Assembly (NCBI GenBank): GCA_030141605.1
Contig: JAQGDQ010000068.1
Span: forward strand, 310,001 to 374,000
Reading direction: 5' to 3'
Source: Tubiluchus corallicola
Lineage: Eukaryota > Animalia > Priapulida
DNA: 64,000 bases
Below, one piece after another: positions 28,015-41,047 of the stretch. Every line of letters starts with the position of its first letter. Position 1 is the stretch's first letter. The notes below the pieces were generated by a model. The model saw nothing but the letters and a program-made list of their open reading frames with translations. It made no database searches and was not told the DNA's origin. A program made the position numbers and the translations under genes.

Positions 28015-29860
28015 TCTCTCACTGTCTCTCTCTTTCATTCTCCCTCTCTGTCAATCACTCTCTCACTCTCTCGCTCTCTCTTTCTTATTCTCTCTCTTTC
28101 TCTCTCTCTCACTCTCTCACACTATAGCTCTCACTCTCCCACTCTCTCTCTCTCTCTTGCCCTCTCTTTTCTTTCTCTTTCTCTTTCTCTCTTTGTCTCT
28201 TTCTTTCCCTCTTTTTTTTCTCTCTCTCTCACTCACTCTTTGTTCCCGAGATTCCGAGATGAAAATAATTGCCACACGCAAATTGTTTGAATTTTGAATC
28301 ATGTTTGAATTTTTACTTTATTTCAAATATAGGTTTGTACTACACTAACGAGTGCCCATGCGAACAGGAGAAACTTCAGTTCGATGTAAAACAAGGTATT
28401 TTGGTGAAACAACAGTTACTATCCGATTTTGTGTCATTTACTTATAAGTCCTAGAGTTTATGCAATTCGGTTATGGATAAGGTCTTTATTTATGAAATTT
28501 ATTTGTCAATACAGCTGTAACTACTTATTACCCAATAACAATCTTGACAGCATTAGAGCAAGTTTAACCTGCCCCCATGCAGGAAAAATGAACCCTTCTT
28601 GACTTTTTTGTATTTCTTCAATAATATCTTTACAGTCTGCCCTGAGTACGTTGTGGAAAAGGAGAAATTCAGCCAAATTTACAAAGATAACGCTGCACTT
28701 TTTGGAATAAGACGCAGTAATTTGAAAGTGGAATTTTCTTCGGTAAGATTTATATCAACATAATTCTATACACATGTACATGCAATGTATAATTTGTTTG
28801 TTCTAAAAATTTGACTCTATTATAGGATTTTTTGTGTTATCTCTCACATATGGAATTTCATCGGCTATTTTATGTATTTCAATTGTTTATTCTCCGTGAA
28901 TTCATCGTTAAAATGTTAATAACTCAAAATACACGAGCTCTCTTTTGGGCTAATATCCAGCTCGAGTTTTTTTGCGTAATTGCAAGCGAGAATGGCGTTG
29001 TGAGCCGTTTTTCAGAAAGAAACATAGCTGGGCTGCTTGAGACGATTCAAAAACTAAAAATGGGTTTGTGACACGTCGACTGTAAGCTTGCAGTTAGAGT
29101 AGTTGAATGTATTACTTGACTAGTACAAGTCTGGGTCATTTGAGGGTCACAGATCAAACAAGGGTCTCACAGAGAAGCAGAATACCTATAATTTAAAACT
29201 TAAATTTTGAATTTCTTGCTTCGGAAGAAACCATGTTGTCGTTTTATACCATCATTTTCACTTGGTTTTAGACGAATATCTTTGACTATGTTTGACTATG
29301 GCTGCATAATAATTACAAGCGCTGAGTGATGTGTACCAAAACTGTAAATAGACGTTATCAAAAGTGTAACAACGTTCGTATCATTGACAAAAATATCAAA
29401 ATAAAATCGTATAATTTGTATTATGGGCAAAAACATCAAAACAAAATCAATAAATGGTATACACGCAGATCAAGTAAGAAATTTCTATTTCTGCTGCCAT
29501 TTGGCAGAAAACATTGTCGTAGTGGTCAGTTGGCACAATATTTCGCAATGTGACCTTGCAGATATCACTTTATTATTATTTACAGGGCATAAAATACTTG
29601 CTATTTGCATGAAGTAGTACCCGCCTAGCTTGTAAATTGATTAGTTTGAATCCTACATCAAAACACTTAATTTTTTTCGACTACTTTAGATTCAAGTGGA
29701 TACTGCCACAGAAATCAGGGATAAAATCTACACGGGCTACTTTGAATTTACTGTAGCTGGGAAGCCGTACACGCTTACACATGAAATAGGCGTCACATCC
29801 CAAACCATGGAAGTGACACTACCTGGAATTCTGGAAGCTGCTATACAGATGGCAATTTAA
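21319..29860 (+). CDS. Paralog A: uncharacterised secreted Cys-rich proprotein with acidic D/F/G repeats, ~470 aa
   Basis: Exons 21319-21442, 22196-22317, 23085-23181, 23834-24037, 25132-25254, 27079-27282, 27663-27860, 28333-28395, 28636-28742, 29690-29860. All are GT-AG and in frame (1413 nt). Starts MNVLITTTIFVLLVQLATSSDWRMKR|Q, has internal FKRKRR|AAAAPPTC and ends LPGILEAAIQMAI*. AATAAA at 29951. Exon phases match paralogs B and C, and most exon sizes do too. Confidence 0.9.
21568..21705. repeat. Small palindromic element with an extra direct arm copy
   Basis: ACATCATCAGCCTGTTTTAGAAAATTAAGTGAACTGTAC is inverted to GTACAATTCACTTATTTTTAAAACAGGCTAATGATGT around a central GAGTACTC. The right arm repeats at 21661-21705. 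Confidence 0.7.
24695..25003. repeat. 103-bp tandem repeat, 3 copies
   Basis: TGTCTCTTGTATAACAAATATTGG starts at 24695, 24798 and 24901. Confidence 0.95.
27905..28240. repeat. CT-rich microsatellite tract in intron 7 of paralog A
   Basis: Degenerate (CT)n/(CTCA)n. Confidence 0.9.
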
Positions 29861-31824
29861 AATGAGGACATGAATTTTACTAAATATATTCTAGTAGTTT
29901 TCCGTTTTATTTCAGTTGTTGTTGCTTGAAAATTCTGTAATTATTATGACAATAAAAAGTTGATTAATTAATTTCAATCTCTGCTTTAGATAATTAAGTT
30001 TCGAAGTGAACCACCATACAATAACAGATGATTTTCTAACCCACACTCAACAAAATTTGGATGTAATCGTGTAACTCGCGTAAATTAACCGAGCTGTGAT
30101 TGTATCTACCAAAAGCACTACAGTAATAATTGATGTTGCAAACTTACATCTGTGGAAGTTGCGTGCACTTGTACTAGTTGGTACTTGTACTCCTGGCAAA
30201 AAGTCTATGGTGCAAGAGTCTCACAGAAGAAAATTTCTTCATGTGCAGGCAGCTTTTCTATGAAACAACCGGCGGCATTGTTAAAAAAATCATGAACGTT
30301 TACTAGATGACAAGTACCATGTAAAACGATAGCTTTTTACTGGTTGCACCGAGTCCGCGTGTGCTAAAATCTGTTGCCTGTGATAGCTTTCAATTATAAA
30401 TTATGACAACGCCACCGCCCAGCAACAATATTACCAAGCTTTAGGGATTCCGCACTTCGTTCGTATCCAAAAATACCGTTTGTTTCAATAAATCAAACGG
30501 ACGAACTGCCCCAGGCGCGTCACTGTACATGACGTCAGCAAGGTTTGTACCGGAAGTGCGTTACTAATGTTAGTACTACTGTTGAAATATTAATAGATAC
30601 TGGGTAAAATCTGAAATAAGTGCTTTACTAGTATAAGACTATAACAAAGTAAGTGCTTTACTAGTATAAGACCATAACAAAGTAATATAATTTCGTAATG
30701 GAATGTTTTTGAAACTCTTGTGTCTTATCTTTAAGAAGCTTGCTCACTCTTCTTGCCCTCTCAAATTTGTCCATTCATCCGTCAATGTAGGCTTCACCTG
30801 GTTTAAATAAATGTCTAGTGACTATATTGTTCCCTGTACGTTTAACTTCATAATAATGAGAATGAATTTATTTATAATTAAAGGAAAGGTCACGCAATTT
30901 AGCATGTTGCGTTTATTTGACTACTATCACTTAAACTTAGAAAAATACAACAAAATACATTGAAAATGGCTGTAAATCATAAAGTAAGTTATACTACCGC
31001 TGTACTGACATTTTCAGGTGCCGTGGTTGCCAACATTCACTTTATAATTATAACGAAACTGGTGGTTTCGTGACTTCATAAGCGCATCGCAGTTGCACTG
31101 GTTAACATAATTCAACTGCTGCAGCTTACCTAATATTCATGCAGAAATATCGCAAAATTAGCTGTCTAATTCTGTAAAAACTTTTTATACCGTTGACACT
31201 AACTGACAGTGCGCTGCTTTTCTTTAGTCGACGAATGACGTCAATGGTGAAAAAATGGGCATCCAAGGGTGAGATGATCATGACTGAAGTGATTTTGTTA
31301 ATACACAAAGTGCTTATTGCTATTACTAAATCTTTCTAACATTCTCTCGAATATTGAAATAAGCTTAAAACTGTAATTTGGCCTAGTCAAAACATTTACA
31401 AAACTACTTGTAAAAAGTATCAGAACAGAATCAACAAATTGTACGTAAAGCCAGTCAAGTAGAAAATTTCTCTTTCTGCTGGCACTTAGCAGAAAATATA
31501 ATCATACTTGTCACATGGTAGTATAACATTTCATAATAAGCCATGCAGGTATCACTTTCTGATCACTTAGCATACTTATCTACTCTGTGAGAACCTGCAT
31601 AGCTTTTAGTTTGTACACCTGCATCGTTTAAGTTTCTAGACATAGTATGCAAAAGTTCTAGATATAACAACACGGTATAATTGATCCTTTTATTCACAAT
31701 ATAGAGGTGGTATTATTGCTGCCATTATGGTTCGTGATTTATTTGATAAGACCAGTAAGATCTCGCAATTACGGACGGGATCATGCAATTATCTACTTAA
31801 ACCACGAAAACAGTAAGGCGTGGC

Positions 31825-31952
31825 TGACGTCAGTTGTAAGATCTGTATATAAGACAGAACGTTCTTACTTCTTTACTTTGTTGACGACTTCTTGGAATTT
31901 CTTACAGAGTTTCCAGTTTCAAAAAAGTGTTGCTGTACTGAAGTGCTTAGAG
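31825..31952 (+). promoter_or_regulatory. Putative core promoter and non-coding first exon of paralog B (CRE + TATA)
   Basis: Perfect TGACGTCA at 31825-31832, TATATAAG at 31846-31853, candidate donor AG|gtaatt at 31952/3 and acceptor at 32293 just before the ATG at 32303. Confidence 0.5.
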
Positions 31953-32302
31953 GTAATTTTAATGGCATTTTGCTGCTATGTTATTTTACTGACGTTGTTA
32001 TTATAGACGTTATTAATCTCTTAAAATGACTGTTACTTTGGTCATAATTTTTGCGACGTACTTAGTTCCAATAATATAACCTAGTAATAATGCGAACTTT
32101 GAATTTTTAACGTCACACTTTAAAGATCGTGTATTTTGTGTCACTATTCTTTCAGAAATTTGTCACTGTCAAATCAGCGGTAGGCAATAACAGAGACCGA
32201 GATCAAAAGCTCCAGTAAAATTATATGACGAGTGAATTATTAAGGCAAGAATTGACCAGCACTCAATCAACAGTTTTGTTTATATCATTACAGGTTGCAG
32301 AG

Positions 32303-35077
32303 ATGAAATTCTTAACGATAGCAATGTTGACCATCTTGATGATACATCTGGCTGCATCCGGTGGCCTGAGAAGAAGGCGTCAAACCACACAAAAATTAAA
32401 AGCCATGCCGCAAAAAGTATTAGATGGTAAGATAGATTGCATCGTATATTATTATTAATGTTATTGGCAAGTGTTATTAATATTATTTAACACAGTTAAA
32501 TTACTTGATTCCTTGGAAACCTCTACTCTGCCTACTATCGGTTTGTTCAAAATTTTCTTTACTTTCGACCAGGATCTGCCTAACGTCTGAACTTTTCTGA
32601 TCAATTCCAGATAAAAACGAGCGCACAGATAATCCAGTCGGATAACAAGTTTGAATTTTTATGCTAAATTACAGTAAACATTTTCAAAAATGTATATACA
32701 TTTCTGTAATCAGTGTGCATTGATTTCAACAGCATTCTTTTCTTTGTTTGTTTCGATTTGACAAGAAAAGTAGTTACGTTATAAATTTAACCTGATGTAG
32801 GTGACCTTGTGTATTTCCATTGTTTAATGAACAATAAACAAATTAATTAGTAATGGAATGAATAAATAAAAATAAATAGTAGTGCAAGTATGGCAGTGAA
32901 ACTTAAATTTAAAGTTTAATTTGTTAAAAGTCCAACAACGAAATGTTTTTAAAACAGGACTCTCAAAGACTGGCACATCTTACCTGAAGAAATTGTATTT
33001 GGCGAAGTACAATGCTCTTAAGGACCAAAAACAGGCTACGTTGGCCGAAAAGGAAAAGTGTGTCGTGAAAGCAACCAAGGTAACGATTAATTTCATGCTT
33101 TGAATGCATAAAGATTCCATTTTATGCTATGATTGACTAAATAGTGGAATGTAAAAAGGGGTGATAACTATTGGTCCTAATCTAAACACTTTTTTAACTC
33201 CGCAAGTTTATTTTGGCCGGTCGGGTTTTACAAACAATGTTTCCAGTTGATATAATCACTGAGCTGGCTGTTGAAAAGGCTGAATTGAGGGCTCAGTGAG
33301 GTGCTCCCAATTATCAAAATAGGGCTCAACAGCTACCACACTGATGTAGAAGCGGGCCATCAGCTGTCACAGCAACCATAGTTTAGAAAGGCGGGGTTCA
33401 GTGTAGCATGAGTTCTGAAGTCTAGCCTGAAAGTAATGCAGTTAATGAAAAACATTAACATGAAAAAGCCAAAAATAAACAAAATGTAGTTAAACAGTGC
33501 TGGCGCCTTAAACCATCACGCCACAGTATGCTCACCACTACTGTAATAACTCAAACTGAACGCCACAGCCAACAAGTATAGTATGACCCTTTAGTATGAC
33601 AATTGTTTAAAAAACTCTTTCATCCCAATAGTTAGCGTTTTATATTGCTGACCGAGTTGTTATAAATAAGAACAATATTTAACAACAAAATAAGTCACTA
33701 GCAGAAATAGACTGGCGAAGTTAATTTAAAGATGAACTAAATATTCGCCGGGAGAGAAACGTCAAAACCTATATAACAAAGCCTTGAAAACGGTGTAATT
33801 TCCTTTTATATTATTATTAGGTGAAAGAAGAAGTGAAAGCAAGAAACGAAGCAAAACGGGACAATGTTTGCGTTCCGTGTGTAAAACAAAAATGCAAAGC
33901 GTTCAGCACAGAATGTGGTAAGTAACATAGTAAAATACATCTTTACTTACGATATCACAATTTTTACACGAAACAGAGATTGTTAGTTTAAAGTCATGTA
34001 AGCTATAAAACCGCGCTTTGTAGCTGTTATTTCGTCATATAAAAGAGCGCTACTCTGAAATGGGTTTTTGTTGCTTGACGATGCTGTTATTTTCACTAAA
34101 GTTGCTGTGATTTTCACCAGCATACTGACTTTCTGTATGTCCTACGCTTTTGCTTTTTAGTTATAGAGATTCTAGTTTTTAGCCAATCGGTCGAGATGGG
34201 ATGAAGTACGAAAGACTAGAATACTACAACCACTACATCTAATGTCGACAGAGGGACATAATATTTTTAAATGTCATTTCGCAGCTTCAGCGAGCTATGA
34301 CTAGTAACTCTTAACTGTCAGTCCTTTTGGTTTAAGAAATCTAGTATCCAAACTAAGAATCACGGTTGAGGTTGCATTCGACACGTTTCACGTTTTGTAA
34401 ACAGTGAAAAAAATGCTGAAAATATAATAATAAATGTAGTGTCAAACGGCTTAAGTGAATAACTGACGAACAAACTATATAATTCATATCTACAGTGTTA
34501 AATTGTCCATTGTTTGATTAGGTGCAGAAATGTGTAGAGCCTCCATGAACAGGCGTGTCAAGTATTGTCTGATATTTCATCATTTAGGCCAATTTATTTA
34601 TTTCATATTTGAATCAGCTATTTTTATTTTGACCCATGTTAAATTTTGATTTCGTTGTTTCTTTTGCAGCAATAGCAAAACTACCAACTAGTGAGCCAAC
34701 ATGTGATCAGATCAAAGCTCTCGCTGGCTTGTCTGAGGCAGAGAAGAAGAAACAGGCCGCGCAACTTTGCTCATACTATGTGCGTGAATGTGATGCCAGC
34801 AGAGAAAAGCTTCTCTCTGACGAATGCAAAGCACATGTGAAAAACAAGTGTGCATCTAAAGTAAAAAGTTGCGGTAAATCGTTTAGAATGTCTTGCTTAC
34901 TGGTACATTTATATAGAATAGATTACATTGTGTCTTGTGGTAACTTAATTAAATCGACAATACATTGTTGCCTATGTACTTGTTAATTCTCTTGCTATGT
35001 CACTGAATTGGCAGCAATGATCTAGAGATCCACCAAGGACCCAGTCAGCTCCGGAATTCAGAACCGACTCTCCCCCC

Positions 35078-35109
<32 letters not shown>

Positions 35110-38100
35110 GATAACTGTACATGACTTACGAGCATTGTCTTGGCGTACAACTTGGCAAAGATGATTTCATAACAATATGAAATTAGCTGACATTTTTATG
35201 TGGTCAGAAATTTAAAATATTGCAACCAATAGTTACAGAATTAGACCTTCAAATGGTCTTTTGTTTGAAAGTAACAACTTTTATTTTATCGAATTCACCT
35301 TGTTTGATTACCTAGCGTTTGAGTTTCACAATGAAATTGGAACTTGTGTCGCTTCAAAAGTGACCTATGCGTCAAAGGTTAACTAATCTCACGTCAACTT
35401 ACATTCGATTCGCCTCATTGAGAACTTTCATTAGATATGCTATAAGCTACTGTCGCTCCAAGCTCGCGACATTTTATTTCCCCCAAATTTCACTTTTTCA
35501 GTCACAGCGTATAGAGAATATTTCCACTCGTACCTGGCCTACATTCAGTCATTCTCGAACTCTCCACTCCACCTAGTCACATGCCAGAAATTGCTGCCCT
35601 AGCTCAAAATCTCTAAGAGGAGACAGAGCCTATTTGTTTTCCAGACCGCCATTTTTCCAGTTAGTGGGGTCAGAGGTAAACCAATCTCATTCGATTTGTC
35701 TTATCAAGACCTTTGTACAAGGTACATCGCTCGAATCACCATCGCAAAATTTCGGCTTTTGTGGTCGTGATTTATAATTGAGGTTAAGCGTTAAAAAATC
35801 GTTTGAATTCTTGTGTCACGGGCTTGTATTTGCAGTAAATTTAGCAGCTATATAAAACTTGTAAATTTATGCAATCACGGTTAGACGGCAATTTTAATGG
35901 TCAGTGGCTGAGTGAGAAAGTGAATTTAAATGACATTGCTTAAAATTCCAAAAAATAATCAGATATTTGTACACACATCACTAACTAAAGAGAGGCAGAA
36001 AATTATTTTACGTTGTCACTAAGATTAATAACACGTTTTTTGATGAGCCAGTGCCGTTTTTGTGCTCTTTGGGATAGTGAATCTGTGACGTTTTAGCAGT
36101 TGGCTCGAACATTTTTAAATTAATTTTTCTTCCAGTTTTGCAGTTGCAAGTGTGTTTCAAACAGATAAGCTTATTGCCAAGTTCTCGAACTTTGTACAGA
36201 AACTTTTTGGCATATGCTTTAACATTCCCTTTCTTGTAAAATCCCAGGTGCACCAAAGTTCCATAAGACCCGAATACTTGCGAAGAATGTTTGAAAAAAA
36301 TGGAATTCTTAAGAGGATATGCGGTCTAACAGAAAAACTGACCAATTCCCATTGCCCTTGCACATTGACCAGAGATCAAAAGTCATCACACTCTTCTTCT
36401 GCCCCAGCAGGGTTACCCACCTTGTAAGTTTCGTGACCCTAGCCTGCAAGCCTGAGTAGGTAATACGCGAAATGCTTACAAAGAATAAATAATAAATGAA
36501 CAATTCCATGCGATTCAAGAGTTGACTGAATGAATTTCAAGAAGATTTGAAATAGCTATTGCAAAACTTTAATTAGTTAGAATTGTCTCACAGAGCATCA
36601 AATGACACTTTTATTAAAATTGCGTTCTTAAGATGCGTAAAGTTCACTACGTTTAATAATCGTTGGCACAAACATAATTTCCATGTCAAGCTTGATAGGT
36701 GGTCCTACTGTAACAGCTGAGTTGGTCATCTAGGCGAAAATTTAATGAAACCTTTGTACGAGTTGAATAAATTTCATTAAAACAAAACTCGGTGTGTTTA
36801 ATGGCTTAGCATAGTTTGCACAGTTAGTCATCTCAGTCAGTATGCACCTTGAGTCAATCAATCAAATGACCTGTTGTTAGTTGGTCAACTGGGAGACCGG
36901 GTCTGGCTGGCAGGCAGTCAATAAATAAAAAATTCAGGGCCGTACTATCCTATAGGCTAGTGTAGGCTGCAGCTAAAGCTTGGGGGCCCTCAAGCTTTGA
37001 CAACATTTGGTAAAAATGTGTTATTTCACTACTACACGGTTGTGTTGAAATACGTGCTAATTTAGTTTGTAATAAATAGTAAAATACTGGCATTTCTTAA
37101 AGAATATTTTTGTTGCCAAACAAAAGATAGTTATTCTATTCTAGTGTATTTAAAGAATTTGCAATGAGTTTACTTTAAGCTATGTAAATATCGTTAAAAT
37201 GTATCACGAGTGAATAATATTCAAGACGAGTGCTGGCGAGTTAAATAGTGACTCCGTCTGTGGAGCAGCCCCCCCCACTTTTGGGGCCCCTTAGTTTCAT
37301 TACCTAAGGGCCCCAAAGGGTCATAATCCAACCCTCAATAAATTCAATAATAATTTAAAATAAGAAATGTGGAAATAATTTAGCTCTTTTGTTATTATTA
37401 AGTTAGCTAAAAAATGAGTTTAAAAATAATTTGCTTGCAACGAAATAATTTGAAAGACCAAAAAACAAACAGCATTTTGGAGAGAACGAAATTCAACCTA
37501 ATTAAGCCTAAACGTGGTTTTGTTATATTTTACATAGCTCCAAGCGGCTTCTGTGGAACCCCCGTTGTTGGCCTCACATGTCCTTTGGTAGAACTAGGCA
37601 TCGACGAACTACAGGAGGCAGTTCTGGATCCAGCCCAAGACTTTTTCACATCTTTTGGAGGTATACCTAGCTATCATAGTGATTTATTTAGTTTCACAAC
37701 GAAACAAAAAAAACTTTCTTGTAACAGTAGGATGATTAAATTGCGAAAATTAGTCATAACTTGGCCTGTCGTTAAAGGACCCTATAACAAGCTCCTAAGA
37801 GCACAAACTAAAGTCACTATACAGGTATTAGTTTTAGTTTACAAGACAAGTGCGGGACACATTACTCCTGTTCTTCGCGACTCGTACCAGTTACACTTGA
37901 GCAGCGGATTTGCTTTTAAAATTTTGTGCTTTGCCTTTAAAGTAATGCATAGCTTGACGCCAACTAACATAACAGAACTTGTTTCTATTCACTTTCCAGT
38001 GCGTGAAAACGTGAGATCTAATGAAGCTACACTTTTGAATAAATGGACAGGCAAAACTTTAAAATTTTACGGTGACAGGGCTTTTGCATTGTGCACTTCG

Positions 38101-41047
38101 GTTCTGGAACTCTGTACTTAGTTATTTGCGTAACCTGCTATCATATAAGACGCTCAATTCGTAATTAAAGACTCACTTGTTTTTCAAATATTATGGCTAA
38201 ACTGTGCGTACATTTACACATACGCCCATGTTGGTAATATTTGAAATTAACCTCTATTATTGTGAAGTCATTTTAAAATTCCTTTTATATTTCCGACTTT
38301 TTATTCCAAATTGTGTATTTGATTTTATATCGTTTCCCATACTTTATTGTAATGTAATTTTAGCTGTATTTTATGTAAAGTGTGCTGAGAATGCTTTTAT
38401 ACAGTGCACTGCAAAAAGATTTTTTTCTGTCCCCTTTTCTGTCCTGCCACTTTCAATGGAAGTTTAACTTTGTTTTTGAGTCTAATTTAGTTAACCAACA
38501 AATTTGTTGCAGAAACTTTTGTTGATGTTTTTGAGACTAACGTGCTGGAATTCTTTGATGACACTATCGGCGACTTCGTCACTGGAGATTTGCTTGACTT
38601 CTTCACGGACGACCTCTTGGACAATGATTTCACAAACTTTTTTACGGATGATGTGGCGAATGTATTTGAAAATGCTTTTGATTTCGACATTGATCTTGGT
38701 GATGTTCTTGGAGGTAAGTTTATATAGGAGAAGAACAAAGATGCAGATGCAACTTTCTTGATTACTGATGAGTTTTTATTATTATTTAATTCGCATATAA
38801 TCTTAGTTTACTGTAGTGTAATCTGCTGCATTTTTAATAGTTTCTGTGTATGTTATTTTTGGTGATTTCACTTTTATACTAGCACTTGGACCATAATGGA
38901 AATAAAACGTGTATGATATATCCCAGAAAAAAATAAACATGTTGCTATTACACATAAAACACATTATTCAGTTCTTGGTTATTTGTTACAGTGGCTTGTT
39001 AGGGACATAGTAAAAATAAAAATAAATGTATTAGATGTTTTCGAAATTTCGAGTTATTAAGTCGGAATTTCGAGTTAATATATTTATTTTCATTTTTACT
39101 ATGTTACTAGCAAGCCAGACAAATTTCGAGACAAATTCCATTGTTATAAAAAAATCACCGCTTTCCTACAATGTCATGTATTTGATACGCTGCTTTCAAA
39201 ACAGTCTAACTCCATTATTACCGGAATCGGTAATGATACATCGCAGATATTTAAACTCATTAATCAATCTTTGTTACTGATTTAAATTTTTTGACGTTTT
39301 CTAAAAGCACTCTTTCACTTCGAACTTTGCAGATCTTGGTGATCTATTTAAAGACTTTGGTGATATCTTTGTTGACATCTTTTCTGACTTTGATTTTGGT
39401 GACATCCTGGGCGGTCTTCCTGACCTTGGCGACCTGGACTTCAACATTGGTGATCTTAACCCATTCAAACGTCGACGCAGAGCGGCAGCAACACCACCAA
39501 CCTGTGCAGATATTGAAAATGAAAAAACTAGGAAACAAGCATGTAAGGAGAAATTTCAGTCTATCTCTCTCTCTGTGTGTCTCTCTCGCTTCTTCATTCC
39601 TTCCGCCTCTCGTCCTCTCTTTCTCACTCCTTCTGGTTTCATCGCTTTATCTTTCTTTCGCTCGCCCAACTTCTCTTTCCCTATTTAAATCTCTTTTACC
39701 TAATTCTGTCTGTCTTTCTCTCTTTCTTTTTTTCTCTTCCCCCTCTCTCAACATTTCCTTCCTCTTTCCCTCTTTTTCTTTCTCTTTCCTCCTCTCTTTC
39801 TCACTCGCGCTCTCTCATCATTTCACTGTCCTTGTTCTTATATTTTTCTTACGTTCACCCTTTCCCATTTTCCTGTCGGCCTTTCTTTGTGCAAAACAAG
39901 TAAATGGATTTAATTAATGCTAATAATCATTCTTTAGCTCAACTACGTATACCAGTAATCCCTTCCTGACTGGTTCTCGATCATTACTAAACTAAAATTT
40001 AACATAAATTCAACCTAGTGGCCGTAAGAGTGCTGCAATTTTTGCGCTAATATAGACGGGCATTGAACCAGAAAACTTCTGCTCAGAAATCGAATAATAA
40101 CTGTTACCAACTGAAGCAATTTTGCCTTTTGTCCCTTTAAGGCGATCATTCTACTATAAAACTTACAATGCAAACCCATTTTAATAACCAATACAGACAT
40201 GCCCTACAGTAATATTATAAACTGTCCCTAACATTTTTACCTTTGAATTTCAAATATGTGAAATTAAACGTCACGTTGTATAATTTTTTACAGGTTTATA
40301 TTATACAAACGAGTGTGATTGCGAAATGGAAAAAGTCCAATTTGACGTGAATGAAGGTATGGTATAAAACTGGATGTGGTACATTCCCCGATTATAACAG
40401 CAAAAATATCTAAATAGCTTCAGTTTTTTTAAAAATAATGTTTCGTTGATATTGATAACAAACTGATGCTTATTTTTACAGCATGCCCTACGTTTGTTAC
40501 GGAGAAAGACAAGTACAGCAAAATTTACAAAGATAACGCTGCACTCTTTGGAATAAAACGCAGTAATTTAATAGTAAAATTTACTTCGGTAAGAACTAAA
40601 TAAATTTTTTGTTATAGAAAAATTTTGTTGAAAGCTATTAGGTCTATCAGTTCTATAAGGCTGTAGGTTTAAAAATTCAAAGATCGAATTGAGGTTCCAA
40701 AGATTCTTACATTCGAGATTTAATACAATTGGCAATGGCGTCGTCTAATTGTAAATGTTATAAATATGGACAGAAGATTTAAGACATCTTTTAATCTAAT
40801 GATGATATCGTATAATAATATGGAAATTACACTTTACACTTAACTTATGTTTAACTAAACTTTTCAACTATTTCAGACACAAGTAGACGTTGCCAACAAA
40901 ATCAGGGACAAAGTGTACATGGGGTATTTTGAGTTTACGGTAGCTGGAAAGCCATTCTCACTTTCACACGAAATGGGCGTCTCATCCGCAACTTTCAAGG
41001 AGACACTGCCTGGAATTTTAAAAGCTGCAGTACAAATGGCGCTTTAA
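32303..41047 (+). CDS. Paralog B: uncharacterised secreted Cys-rich proprotein with acidic D/F/G repeats, ~473 aa
   Basis: Exons 32303-32426, 32958-33079, 33821-33917, 34670-34873, 37538-37660, 38513-38713, 39333-39542, 40294-40356, 40482-40588, 40877-41047 (1422 nt, in frame). Starts MKFLTIAMLTILMIHLAASGGLRRRR|Q, has internal FKRRRR|AAATPPTC and ends LPGILKAAVQMAL*. Confidence 0.9.
35068..35109. repeat. (CT)n microsatellite
   Basis: CTCTCT run. Confidence 0.85.
36935..37336. mobile_element. hAT-type MITE (~400 bp)
   Basis: Starts CAGGGCCG and ends AATCCAACCCTC, with GGGGCCCC motifs near both ends. 8-bp flanks AAAAAATT / AATAAATT match at 7/8. Confidence 0.6.
37840..38420 (+). mobile_element. 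L2-type LINE 3' fragment
   Basis: 'HITPVLRD...FKILCFAFKVMH.L.P...L...RS...YGDRAFA' is typical of the L2 ORF2 C-terminus. It lies in intron 5 of paralog B. Confidence 0.8.
39558..39885. repeat. CT-rich tract in intron 7 of paralog B
   Basis: Polypyrimidine/(CT)n-derived sequence immediately after the exon-7 donor. Confidence 0.8.

Noticed and set aside
36008-36518. Cluster of overlapping short ORFs in intron 4 of paralog B
   Set aside because: No recognisable motif or splice-consistent model. It is probably unclassified repeat-derived sequence.
37414-38121. 235-aa ORF as a single gene
   Set aside because: It is a chance read-through joining intron, exon 5 of paralog B (37538-37660) and an L2 LINE fragment.
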